Assembly: GCF_009914755.1 (NCBI RefSeq)
Contig: NC_060932.1
DNA: 64,000 bases
From: the human T2T-CHM13v2.0 reference genome, Homo sapiens
Strand: one strand, 5' to 3'
Part shown: positions 16,736-31,454 of the stretch, piece after piece
Numbering within the stretch: the first letter of the stretch is position 1
Layout of the letters: each line of letters opens with the position of its first letter
Program-made: the position numbers and the translations under genes
The notes under the pieces: model-generated
Seen by the model: the letters and a program-made list of their open reading frames with translations, nothing else
What the model was told of the DNA's origin: nothing
The model's database searches: none

Positions 16736-17866
16736 CATGTACCACTCCTGCTGCATGGTCAGCACAAGGAACTATAAAGTAGAAATGATTGATTGTTAAT
16801 CTATTTGAAGCCATCTAGTTACCCATTGTTCATTCCTATCACAACTCTTCAGGAACTGTCCTAAACACCATTTTGACATGCTTCAGGTATCTAATTCTTC
16901 TCTGTACTCCCACTCCCTCAGCAGAAGGCCTGACCATTTACCGTCCTGAGAAAATAGAGGGTATCCTAATGACTACCCCCCATTTCTCATCTTTTCATCC
17001 AAGTATGTCTCAGTTTCAGCATTCAGGTAGTTTAAACCCCTTAGTATTGCTGACCAGACTCTCATGACATAGAATGTCTCCATCCTCACCTCCTACCACT
17101 TAACTAATTACAAACTATTCCCCAGCCAAACCCTAAGACAGAGAGTCTTCTTTTATAAAAATCCTGAGCATTGTCTCATGAAAAAAAAAGTACTACTCTT
17201 CCATAGCTCCACCTCCATGTACACAGATACAGGGTCTCTTGGCTCATAGTTGGGCCTCAAAATATGTGTGTTAAATCAAGAAATAGGAAAGGTGCAAGTT
17301 AGGGCTCTTGATTGCAGGGAAAAGAAACTAGTTTCACCAAGGTTAAACCAAGAAGAAAATTTTTTTGGAAAATATATATTTTAGCTTACAGACTTTAAGG
17401 AAAAGCTAGACCATCAGGCCTTGGAAAGGACAGCTAACCAGAACCCTCTGCAGGCATTGGAAGCAGGGCAGTGTCTGAGGGTCAGTAAAGTTAGTCAGCC
17501 AACACCAACCATTCTCCATCATTTCATCACTGCTCCAAATTTAAAGTCATGCATGGAGGATGGGCTAAACTGGCTGAATTTGTGTCACATATAACATCTA
17601 AGTCACAAGAGGTGTCTTAATTGGGATTTCTCCAGTAGCAAATCCGGAATCAAAAACTTGAGTGCTTGTAGTTTATTTGCAGGGTGATGACAGGAACTAA
17701 ATGGAAGTGAGAAAACAGGGATAGTGAGACAGGGAAAGAAGAAAAAACGTTATCATAAACTATGTAGAAAACCTCTGATTCCCCACTTCTGGATTGCTCT
17801 GGTTGGCAAGCAAATGAGCTCCTATTGTGGAAAACCTACAGGGTTCAAAGGGATATGGGACAGAGA

Positions 17867-18373
17867 TTAATAGAATCTGCTATAAGAAGTTAATGCACCT
17901 CTTTTAAGAATTCCATTAAGGGGGGTGGAGCCAAGATGGCTGAATAGGAACAGCTCGGGTCTATGGCTCCCAGCGTGAGCGACGCAGAATACGGGTGATT
18001 TCTGCATTTTCATCTGAGGTACCGGGTTCATCTCACTAGGGAGTGCCAGACAGTGGGTGCAGGTCAGTGGGTGCAGCCCACTGTGTGCGAGCTGAAACAG
18101 GGCGAGGCATTGCCTCACTCGGGAAGTGCAAGGGGTCAGGGAGTTTCCTTTCCTAGTCAAAGAAAGGGGTGATAGACGGCACCTGGAAAATCGGGTCACT
18201 CCCACCCTAATACAGCACTTTTCCAACGGGCTTAAAAAACGGCACACCAGGAGATTATATCCCACATCTGGCTCGGAGGATCCTACACCCACGGAGTCTT
18301 GCTGATTGCTAGCACAGCAGTCTGAGATCAAACTGCAAGGTGGCAGCCAGGCTGGGGGAGGGGTGCCTGCCAT
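17867..18373 (-). CDS. L1 antisense ORF0, open 168-codon version reading out of the element
   Basis: MAGTPPPAWLPPCSLISDCCASNQQDSVGVG... is ORF0-like; ATG at 18373-18371 in strong Kozak context (gtaATGG); no stop until 17867; expression not shown. Confidence 0.45.
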   Translation of the reverse strand: MAGTPPPAWLPPCSLISDCCASNQQDSVGVGSSEPDVGYNLLVCRFLSPLEKCCIRVGVTRFSRCRLSPLSLTRKGNSLTPCTSRVRQCLALFQLAHSGLHPLTCTHCLALPSEMNPVPQMKMQKSPVFCVAHAGSHRPELFLFSHLGSTPLNGILKRGALTSYSRFY

Positions 18374-18965
18374 TACCCAGGCTTGATTAGGTAAACAAAG
18401 CAGCCAGGAAGCTCGAACTGGGTGGAGCCCACACAGCTCAAGGAGGCCTTCCTGCCTCTGTGGGCTCCACCTCTGGGGGCAGGGCATAGACAAACAAAAA
18501 GACAGCAGTAACCTCTGCAGCCTTAAATGTCCCTGTCTGACAGCTTTGAAGAGAGTAGTGGTTCTCCCAGCACACAGCTGGAGATCTGAGAACGGGCAGA
18601 CTGCCCCCTCAAGTGGGTCCCTGACCCCCGAGCAGCCTAACTGGGAGGCACCCCCCAGTAGGGGCAGACTGACACCTCACACGGCCAGGTACTTCTCTGA
18701 TACAAAACATCCAGAGGAACGATCAGGCAGCAGCATTTGTGGTTCACCAATATCCACTGTTCTACAGCCACTGCTGTTCTGCAGCCACCGCTGCTGATAC
18801 CCAGGCAAACAGGGTCAGGAGTGGACTTCTAGCAAACTCCAACAGACCTGCAGCTGAGGGTCCTCTCTGTTAGAAGGAAAACTAACAAACAGAAAGGACA
18901 TCTACACCAAAAACCCATCTATACGTCACCATCCTAAAAGACCAAAAGTAGATAAAACCACAAAG

Positions 18966-19980
18966 ATGGGGAAAAAACAGAGCAGAAAAACTGGAAACTC
19001 TAAAAAGCAGAGCGCCTCTCCTCCTCCAAAGGAACACAGCTCCTCACCAACAATGGAACAAAGCTGGATGGAGAATAACTTTGATGAGTTGAGAGAAGAA
19101 GGCTTCAGATGATCAAACTACTCTGAGCTACAGGAAGAAATTCAAACCAAAGGCAAAGAAGTTAAAAACTCTGAAAAAAAAATTAGACAAATGGATACCT
19201 ACAATAACCAATGCAGAGAAGTCCATAAAGGAGCTGATGGAGCTGAAAGCCAAGGCTCAAGAACTACATGAAGAATGCAGAAGCCTCAGGAGCCGATGCG
19301 ATCAAGTGGAAGAAAGGGTATCAGTGATGGAAGATGAAATGAATGAAATGAAGCAAGAAGGGAAGTTTAGAGAAAAACAAATAAAAAGAAACGAACAAAG
19401 CCTCCAAGAAATATGGGAAAATGTGAAAAGACCAAATCTAGGTCTGATTGGTGTACCTGAAAGTGATGGGGAGAATGGAACCAAGTTGGAAAACACTCTG
19501 CAGGATATTATCCAGGAGAACTTCCCCAATCTAGCAAGGCAGGCCAACATTTGGATTCAGGAAATACAGAGAATGCCACAAAGATACTCCTCGAGAAGAG
19601 CAACCCCAAGACACATAATTGTCAGATTCACCAAAGTTGAAATGAAGGAAAAAATGTTAAGGGCAGCCAGAGAGAAAGGTTGGGTAACCCACAAAGGGAA
19701 GCCCATCAGGCTAACAGCTGATCTCTTGGCAGATACTCTACAAGCCAGAAGAGTGGGGGCCAATATTCAACATTCTTAAAGAAAAGAATTTTCAAAGAGA
19801 ATTTCATATCCAGCCAAACTAAGCTTCCTAAGTGAAGGAGAAATAAAATCCTTTACAGACAAGCAAATGCTGAGAGATTTTGTCACCACCAGGCCTGCCC
19901 TAAAAGAGCTCCTGAAGGAAGCACTAAACATGGAAAGGAACAAAAGGTACCAGCCACTGCAAAAACATGCCAAAATGTAA
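18966..19980 (+). pseudogene. L1 ORF1p, disrupted
   Basis: ATG at 18966, CGA>TGA at ~19110, frameshift at ~19750. Confidence 0.9.
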
Positions 19981-20043
19981 AGACCATCAAGGCTAGGAAG
20001 AAGCTGCATCAACTAACGAGCAAAATAACCAGCTAACATCATA

Positions 20044-22086
<2,043 letters not shown>

Positions 22087-22286
22087 ACAATAAGAACACA
22101 TGGAAACAGGAAGGGGAACATCACACTCCGGGGACTGTTGTGGGGTGGGGGGAGGGGGGAGGGATAGCATTAGGAGATATACCTAATGCTAAATGATGAG
22201 TTAATGGGTGCAGCACACCAACATGGCACATGTATACATATGTAACAAACCTGCACATTGTGCACATGTACCCTAAAACTTAAAGT

Positions 22287-22342
22287 ATAATAATAATAAA
22301 ATAAAATAAAATAAAATAAAATAAAATAAAATAAAATAAAAA
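22287..22342. repeat. (TAA)n/(TAAAA)n microsatellite derived from the L1 poly(A) tail
   Basis: ataataataataaaataaaataaaa... up to the TSD. Confidence 0.9.
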
Positions 22343-24859
22343 GAATTCCATTAACACTGTGTGAACTAACCAGACATATTTCTCTGAAAGAAAATCAAGA
22401 CACTGTTTACCAGGAGAAAGGAGAGTAGATCCTGGGCAGATAACATGATATACATGTCAAAAAATAAGATAACCCATGGATAAGAGAGATTTAGAAAAAA
22501 CGTGCTTGGGGAGCTTCATAGGGTAGAAAGATCTTACCCAGTTAGGGAAAAATCATTAAAAAAATTCATTGAGAAGTTGGATTTTGTTCACCAAATGCAC
22601 TCTCCTGTCTCAACATAGCAAAGTCTGTCTTCATGGTCTCTCCTCTTCAAGCATTCAATGCATGTATGAGCTACACTGGATTCTCATGATCACAGCATAA
22701 TTCAAAGAAAATGTATGTGGATGTGTGGATGTAGCAAATCATTAGTGCTGGGTGTTTGCTTAGATCCTGTTGATGCTATTTTCAGGTGAATAATTGCTAA
22801 TTTAATTCTTGCTGGGAGAACAACATTACACTCAAATTCCTGTATGTGGGGGAAAAAAGAAAACAAGGCACTAATGACTAGACAGACTCAGGTTTCTATG
22901 GCAACATATTGCTCTTAAGGCTCAAGTGGAATATTAAAATAATGGTTCATTAGGTGGCACAGGTTTATTTTCTATTATAGTATATATGCAATATATAGTG
23001 CATCAGTAATGTAGTACTTGATTTATGGTCTCTAATATAACCTCTATAGCAGTGACAATTTTTTTTCACCATTTTACCACATAAAGAATTATTCAAGGTT
23101 GTAGCTATATTATTATTAATCTATTCATATCTTTTTGCCTCTATGTAGCTGAATGTATATCTCTACCTCTTTATCCATCTCTCTATCTATGTCATGGCCA
23201 TGGATATCTGCCCTGCATCTAGTAAATGTAAAAATTCCATAGAGGAGGGGAGCAACTCTCTGTGTGAGTATATGAATGTCTGTCGGTGAATATTCAATGG
23301 GCCTGACATTCAAAAAACTCTCTGGGATCTTGCATCTCACTACTTCATTCTCCTGCATCCAGATAGGATCATTCAAGTCTCTTCAAGAATGCTCTTTGTT
23401 TTTTATTCTGAAAGCCATTAATCTAGCTATATTCTCTTCCTGGAAGATTCTTCCATCCATCACTCCTTTGCTTGTTGAGAGTCTACGCATTCTTCAAGGG
23501 CCAGTTGAAATACTCCATTCTCTGTCCTTTCAGACCTTCCTTAAAGGCTTGATCAGAAATAACTAACCCTTTTTCTGCAGGATAAAGGTCTTCATTTGTA
23601 TTTTGTTGATGGCCCTATTAGATTGATCTACTGGCCCCAGTGTGGATTAATATTAGAGACACTTCTCAAACACTTGATTTTTTTGTTTGAATCTTTCTCC
23701 TCACCTATAATAAATAGCACTGAAATCAGACAGCTCTGATTCTACTTCCTTTTCAACTTATTACCTGTGTGTTCTTGAGAAAGAGAGATAACTTCCCTAA
23801 GCCTCAATTTTATCATTTATAAAAATGGTTTAAACAATAGATCCTATATGATATTGTTGTTGTAAAGATTAAATGAAATGCAAATCGATGTTGATGATGA
23901 TGATGATAGTAATGACAATAATGTAGAGAATGAAAATAACTATACTGGTTTAGATATGCTTGAGTATTGAAAGAAAATTAAAATTTTATAAATAGTGAGT
24001 GCAGGGGACACACATAGCTCAAAAAAGCAGTAAATAGTATGTTAATGCCCCGAAGAGAATGAATGCATGACCAAAAATTCACTGAGCATTTATTAATCCT
24101 TTCTATGAGCTAGCCTCTGGGGAAAATTAAATACAGAGAATACTTAATATCCTGCAAAATTAAGTTCTGTTTTCTAGCTTGGAACATAAGCATGACTAGT
24201 ATTCTGCTAGCATCTTGAGAATTTTCTTCCTATGATTTTCCTAGATTTTACAGTTCTCTCATATCGCTATATTTTATATTTTTCCACTCACAATTTCCTT
24301 TCATTGGAATGTTTTTCTTTGTTTTCTTCACCATTCTATCCCCTAATGTTTCCTCAAGATTTTGCTCAATAATTGTGTCTTACCTCCTCTAGCAAAGTTT
24401 TTCTCTGATCCACCATCCTCTAAGGTTTGGTCAAAATAACCACAAACAAGCAAAAAACCAAGTCTCCCTTTTCGCTCCTATAGTTGCTTGTGCAGGTCTG
24501 TCACTACACTTTTGTCTCTGGATTTTAATTAATAGAATGTACTTGATTTTTCATGCCAAAAAAAAAAAAGTTAGAATTATTTCTTTATCTCTACAACCTT
24601 AGCATTTAATACAGTGCCTGTCACTTAATACAAACTCAATAAAAAATAATTACATAAATGCATGTAACATTTATTAGTGTTATTTGACACAAATGGTATA
24701 CTAGATTATGCTTGGTAAATAATCACTCTCACCCTCTTCACCTTCATGGGAGAAATGTATTTCTTTGCCCCAGCAACAGTAGCCCTGGCCATGATGTAAT
24801 TTAGATGTTAGTGGACACGACACAAGCAAAGGCTAGAAATGTGCTTGTGCGCTTGGCTC

Positions 24860-25169
24860 TTTTTTTTTGTTTTTTATTTTTTGAGGCGGAGTCTCACTCT
24901 GTTGCCCAGGCTGGAGTGTGGAGTGCAATGGTGTGATCTCAGCTCACTGCAAGCTCCGCCTCCCGGGTCATGCCGTTCTCCTGCCTCAGCCTCCCGAGTA
25001 GCTGGGACTACAGGTGCCCACCCCCACGCCCGGCTAATTTTTTTGTATTTTTAGTAGAGACAGGGTTTCACCGTATTAGCCAGGATGGTCTCGATTTCTC
25101 GACCTCGTGATCTGCCCGCTTCGGCCTCCCAAAGGGCTGGGATTACAGGTGTGAGCCACCGCACCCAGC
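24860..25169 (-). mobile_element. AluY
   Basis: Antisense dimer with gcaagctccgcc and ttagccaggatggtctcgat diagnostics; TSD tgcgcttggctcttttt / tgcgctccgctcttttt; inserted in an MLT1-like LTR. Confidence 0.9.
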
Positions 25170-25289
25170 TGCGCTCCGCTCTTTTTGTGCATTCCTTCCT
25201 TCTACCATGAGAGGAATGTGAGTTAGGCAGCTATCAGTTTTAAGGAGAAAGAGAGAGACATGAAGAGCAGCTCTATATCTACTCAGAGG

Positions 25290-26000
25290 TGGGATTGTCA
25301 CACTTGTTGGATTGCTGTTATCAAAACAAACAAGCAAACAAACAAAAACAAAAGATGACAACTATTGTTGAGGATTCAGAGAAATTGGAACGCTTATACA
25401 CTGTTGGTGGAACGTAAAATGGTGCAGCCATTATGGAAAACAGTAGGGAAGTTATATACACACATACACACACACAAAACAAAACAAACAAAAAAACAGA
25501 AATACCATATAATCCACCAATATCACTTTTGAGTATTTATTCAAAAGAATTAAAATCAGGATCTTGAAGAGACATTTGAACTCTCATGCTCATTGCACTA
25601 CAATTATATGCATAAGTTGGAATGTTGTTCCACCTTAAAAAGAAGGAAACCTTGTCATATTTGGTAACGTGGGAGCACCTTGAGGACATTATCCTAAGTA
25701 AAATATTCCAGTCACAGAAAGGCGTATATGGCATGATATCACTTATATGAGTTATTTAAAATATTCAAATTCAGAGGAAAGAATCACGGAGTGAAATGTT
25801 TCCAGGGGCTGGGAGGAGGGGTAGATGGGGAGCTGATATTCCATGGATATAACGTTTTAGTTAAACATGATAAAATTAAGTTCTAGAGACTCGCTGTACA
25901 ACATTGTGCCTACAGTCAACAATACTGTACTGTACACCTAAAACAATCTTAAAAGGATAGATCTCAGGTGAAGTGTTCGTATCACAATAAAAAAGAATAA
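25290..26000 (+). mobile_element. L1MA/L1MB 3' end
   Basis: gagaaattggaacgcttatacactgttggtgg...ttctagagactcgctgtacaacattgtgcctacagtcaacaatactgtac...cacaataaaaa. Confidence 0.75.
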
Positions 26001-26826
26001 ATCAGAATTTTTTCTTTTAAAAACCCACAAAGGTTTTGAGAAACCCACATTTATCCTGACTAAAAGAAAAGAGACTGAGACAGAAACTGAGAGAGACTGA
26101 CACTGTTGATATAAAAATAGCTCTGGTATCGTAACTTTCTACAAGGAAGAAGCAGGCTGAGAAATATGCTCACATACCAAAAGGATATATTCTTTAATTC
26201 CGTCTTCAGAAGCGACCAAGGAGGAGGATTTCTCACACAGTAAAACCATGAACCATGGAGAACAGTGGACTGAGGAGTCACTTCCAGAAATCACAAGGAG
26301 ATCTAATCAAAGAACCAGGCACGGTTTGCCCAGTGAGATTTCAGCATTGCCCAGAACTGTTTACAGCTATGTACCTCCCATTCTCCTTGTGTTTGTTGTG
26401 GTTATCCTGTCCATGTCCCAATACTATGTGTCAAATGTAAGTAGGGCAAACACCTTGTCTTTTTATTCATTAGTCACTCTACCAAGAGATGGTGCAAAAT
26501 GCGTTTAATGTATGATTCTGGATTTGAGTACGCCCTGATTCAATGAGGTTAGGAAGACATCTTAGGGTTGTATCAGTGTATTTTGTAGGTATAGATAATG
26601 TGAATATTTATCATTTTAGTGGATACCATGCTGCCCTACCCCCTCAGGCAGGACCACAGTACTCAGTTTCTTCCATAAGGACTGTTGCCTCCTGATGGCT
26701 CACAGCTGAGGCTCTTCCAAAAAATTACCATCAGCGTAGGGAAGCTGCCTCACCAAGTACACATCCCTTCCCCACTTAAGATAGCCGCATTGCTTCAACT
26801 AGAGACAAATCTAAAGAGTCATTTTA

Positions 26827-27134
26827 GGTCGGGCACAGTGGCTCATGCCTGTAATCCCAGCACTTTGGGAGGCCGAGGCGGGCTGAATACAAGGTCAGGA
26901 GATCAAGACCATCCTGGCTAACATGGTGAAACCCCATCTCTACTAAAAATACAAAAAAATAGCCAGGCATGGTGGCAGGCGCCTGTAGTCCCAGCTACTT
27001 GGGACGCTCAGGAGAATGGCGTGAACCGGGGAAGCAGAGCTTGCAGTGAGCAGAGATCGTGCCACTGCACTCCAGCCTGGCTGACAGAGCGAGACTCTGT
27101 CTCAAAAAAAAAAAAAAAACAAACAAAAAAAAAA
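26827..27134 (+). mobile_element. AluY
   Basis: ggtcgggcacagtggctc...accatcctggctaac...aatggcgtgaacc...gagcttgcag, A tail; TSD gtcattttag. Confidence 0.9.
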
Positions 27135-28000
27135 CGGTCATTTTAGACCCAGACTTCCCTACTGGATCAGCTGAAGTCTCATTTGAATTTCATCACCCTT
27201 CATCATCTTTTTCTAACCCTACTTCCTTCATTCACATACATGTCATAACTGAGAGTACTGCTAACAAATTTCCTCTAAGAATAATGTCTATATTATGGTG
27301 AGTTGCCAGAAAACACAATCAAAGAAAGTTGGATCCAGGAGTGGTCTAAGAAAGCAGAATGTAGAATGAGATGTTAGATCTGGATCAGTCATCTACTGAC
27401 TGACAATGAAGATCCAGTCACTAGTGGCAGGGGGAGTGTGGATAACCCTTGGCATGCTGGAGCAGTACAACTTGAAACATTTTTACAGCTGATGTACTGG
27501 GATAGAATAACTGTAGGAAGGAATGTTCTGGCAAGTGAATATATCTCAGGCACTTGAGAAGTTCAGTGGAAAGTGGAACACCTTGAATGGAAAGAGAAGT
27601 GGGTTGAACACACATCTTCATGGGTAGTTGTGAATTGTTCAACTTGCTCATTAAGCACAAATTGGGAAAATCTTAGTATCACATTTGTATGCAACATAGA
27701 GAGTGTTTATCAGGCAGGAGGTATTAAATAACCAAGAAAAGAGGTAATGTGGCCAGCTAGATCAGCTAACACGGTGGACACCTGAGTGGAATAGCCATGG
27801 TGGCAGGCATAGAAGCCATTCATGGGGAACTGAGCATAGCTACCTTTTACTGTGGCTCATTTAGCTACTACTGCCACCCAGTATTCAACCTGCCAGCAAC
27901 AAATACAAATGATGAGACTCCAGACGGCACCTTCTCTCAAGATGACCAATTAAATACTTGATGGAACGTTGATTACAATGGGAAAGGGAGGCGAGTAATT

Positions 28001-28225
28001 GTTTTTGTGTTTGTTTGTTTGTTTTTGAAACAGAGCAACCCCCTGTTGATCAGGCTGGAGTGCTGTGGCGTGATCTCAGCTTACTGCAGTCTCAATCTCT
28101 TGGGCTTAGGTGATCCTTCCACCTCAGACTCCCAAGTAGCAGGGACTGCAGGCATGTGCCACCATGCTAGGATAATTTTTGTACTTTTTGTGGAGATGGT
28201 GTTTCACCATATTACCCAAGCTGGG
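28001..28225 (-). mobile_element. 5'-truncated AluJ
   Basis: Antisense Alu with J-type gcttaggtgatccttccacctcag; (TTTG)n tail. Confidence 0.8.
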
Positions 28226-30631
28226 TGAATGATTTTGACTTGAATTTACACATATTCTGAGTATGAGTTCATATTTTCTCCCTTAAGGGCCTCAGTCAGC
28301 AAAATTTTCCAAGAACTTATAGATGGTTTGGTTCACTAGCATGTGAAGCTGCATAACACCACATTGGATCAAGGGTCCCCACCTTTAGCTCACCGAAGGT
28401 GAACATAGGTACATGTTTCACTGGCTACATCACATACTATACATCACCCCAAATCTATCAGCCTTATAAAGAGATGGCATAGCTAGGATGCTATCCTGGA
28501 GATACTACTCTGTGATGATGAAATACCACCCTCCAGGAAGGAGTGTAAACTTGCATCAACCATCATTATATGGTACTTCATCCCCAAAAGGTAAAGTATA
28601 CATATTCATAAACCAAGAGGTGAAATAGGAGTGGCTCAGCACTTTGGGCCACATTAGACACTTTGGAAATGAGTATTTCCAGTCCTAGTCATTCTATGCT
28701 CTGTTAACACTAGAGATCATCATTCTCATTGGTTAATGCCTCTCTCTGGAGTACAATAAGAGCCGCCATGACACTTTATGCAGTGGCTGTGGCTTGATAA
28801 GTACAAGTCCCTGTGACAAGAGACAGTCAGGTAAAGAGTCATCATCCTGGCAGAAGTAATTGACCCGAGTCACCAGAAGGAGGTAGTTATGTTGCTAGAC
28901 AATGGGGTAGGGACACATACATTTGTCATCTAATTGATTCACAGGTCCATCACATACCCAACTTTGATTGTAAATGGAGAAGCACAGCAGCCATGGCTTG
29001 AGAAAGATAAAATGACCATGAGCTCAGACTCCTCAGGAATGAGTGTCTGGTTGACTACAGCAGGTAAGTCACCTCAAACAGCAGAAGTGCTAGCAGATAA
29101 TGTGGGAAGTCTAGAATTGGTAGCAGAAGAAAGAGATAAAAAAATAGTTGTTGCTGTACTAGACAAACTATTCACTTTTTTTTCTGTAAAATTTCTCAAG
29201 AATAAAGATAAACTAGTATTCTCAAGGATTTGTTCCCAGGTAAGCAAACTTACTGGAAGCAAATGGATGTGATTGATTCAACGGGTGCTGTTCTCCACTG
29301 CTCCAATTTTTTGAAACAGAACACTCCTAGCTTATAATTCGCAGCTAAGTCCCTCCACAGGACTCTTCCTCAGCCTAGGGAAGCTGCCCCACGTAAGTGT
29401 GCATTGCCTTTTCCAGGGACAGCTCTAATCCAAATGGCTAGTCAGTTCAGTGGCACAAAAGTCTAGCCTCTATGCCTCACCTGGGTCAATTCAAACTTAA
29501 GTTTTCCTTATACTATGAGCTGAGGACTCTTTTGTAACATCATCGCAGTTTTCTCTTACATTCCAATACTGCTTCTGACTTCTCTCATAGGTTTTATTCC
29601 TGAGAGCACTCCCAACAAACTATTCACATCCATATCAATGTATGTATCAGACTTTTTCACAAGGAAAGAAGAGGGCAATTGTTAGAGATTTGTTATATCA
29701 TCATTAGATGTTAGAGAATTGTTATATCATCATTCAGTAAATAATTACCTCTTCCTTGTTACTTTCTTGGAAGGAGTATATATTCTTACCCTATTGATGT
29801 TGGACTTGGTCAAGTGATTTACTTTGGCCAATGAATCTTTATGGGTGTGATATAAGCAAATGATTGAAATTTGTTTATATCTTTGCTCTGGGATGTTAAT
29901 CTATGGGAAATCGGAAACACATGGGGTAGATCAAGACCTAATATGAGCTTGGAACCAAGCCTAGTTAAGTCTAGCTTAAATCAGCCAAACCCCAGATGAA
30001 ACCACAGGTGCAAGAGCAAGAAAATATTATACTACACTGACTGTTGTGTTGCTTTGTTAAACAACATTATTTTACATACAGCTAACCAATACACTCATTG
30101 TTTCCAGTTTTCCCTCATTTTGGACATGGTAGGATAGTTGCTCCTGACCCTATCATGTTGGTTGAAACAATGTGACTAATTCCAGCAATTGAGTTGAGAG
30201 AAGTCCATGCGTCAAGGATGGTATATGCGTTTGTCTGCTGTCCTGAAATCCTTTAGGATTTTCTCTTATCTTTGACACAGTGGTTGGCAACCTCCAAAAT
30301 GATGGCTGCTTTACTAGCTTAGGTATCTCAGCAAATATAACTAAGAGAATCCCCTTCTGACTCATGATGGACAGGTACCATGACAAATAAACCTTTGCCA
30401 TTTTAATCTCCTTGGATTGTGGGTGTTTTGTTATGGCAGAATAATCTAGACTATCCTGACTAATAAATTAAATGGATTAATAAATTAAATGGATGCTTCT
30501 GTGATCAGATGAGTGCATGACCCCATGAATAAATGAAGGACATGGCCCCTGACATACACTCACTGTTGTGGGAAAGACCAATTCATCATGATCCAGCTCA
30601 CATTCCAAGTCCTTGAGAAAGCCTCAATATC

Positions 30632-30632
30632 C

Positions 30633-30664
<32 letters not shown>

Positions 30665-30712
30665 GTGATGATTGCTGCTGCTGCTGATGGTCATGGTGAT
30701 GATGGTAATTAT
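30632..30712. repeat. (TGA)n/(TGC)n compound trinucleotide repeat
   Basis: About 10 TGA units, then TGC and TGG/TGA units, adjoining a MIR-like segment. Confidence 0.9.
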
Positions 30713-30856
30713 TATGTGATGGCTCAGAGTAATTACTGTCTTCTAGGAATAGTTCTAAGTGCTTTACATTTATTGACTGATTTTTCATAAAAAATCTCAC
30801 AAATAAGATATTAATTTCCCTATTTGCCAGAAGAAGAATCTGAAACACAGGAGAGT

Positions 30857-31241
30857 TATCTTAGTCTGTTTTGTGCTGCTATAACAAAATACCTGAGATT
30901 GGGAAATTCATAAAGCACATAATTTTTTTTCTCACCCTTCTGGAGGCTGTGAAGTTCAAGATCAAGGGACCAGCAGCTTCTGTTGTCTAATTAGGGCTAC
31001 TCTCTGTTTCCAAGATGGTGCCTTGTTGCTGCATTTCATACACTGTGTCCTCATACAACAGAAAGAGTAAGGGCAAGCCAGTCAACTGCTGTATGAAACC
31101 TCTTTTATAAGGACCTTAATCTCATGAATAAGAGGAGGAGCCCTCATTATATAATCACCTCTTAGGGGCCCCACGTTTTAGTACCATCAAAATGGCCATT
31201 GCATTTTAACATCTGTTGGAAGGGGCACATTCAAACCATAT
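30857..31241 (-). mobile_element. MaLR LTR (MSTC/MSTD/MLT1A-like)
   Basis: tcttagtctgttttgtgctgctataacaaaatacc...gaagttcaagatcaag...cacattcaaaccata. Confidence 0.75.
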
Positions 31242-31454
31242 GAGGGGTCAAGTAACTTACATGAAAGTCACACTGTTAATCTTTGACAGAGCCAATATTT
31301 GAGCTCAGGCTCTCTGATTTAGAGTCTGCATAGCTTATACATTTATTTCAGTCTCACAACCAAATTTTGCAGCAGATATTATTCCCAACTATAGAGGAGT
31401 CAATTGAGGCTTAGAGAAATTAAATTACTTGCCCTATTTCAAATAATTTGTATA

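Larger units (their letters stand above)
26620..29660 (+). mobile_element. Ancient ERVL provirus relic (LTR16-type LTRs flanking ERV3-16A3-like internal sequence)
   Basis: Two related LTR segments sharing gggaagctgcc (~26620-27320, ~29285-29660); leader agttggatccaggagtggtc; degenerate integrase motifs at 27790-27985 (HGG..., xCQQ, WxVDYxG). Confidence 0.6.

Noticed and set aside
26481-26495. CTCF-like ccaagagatggtgc
   Set aside because: Several mismatches to the core motif; unsupported without ChIP data.
30624-30848. His/Gln/Ser-rich 74-aa ORF
   Set aside because: Translation of a TGA/TGC microsatellite and MIR-like sequence.
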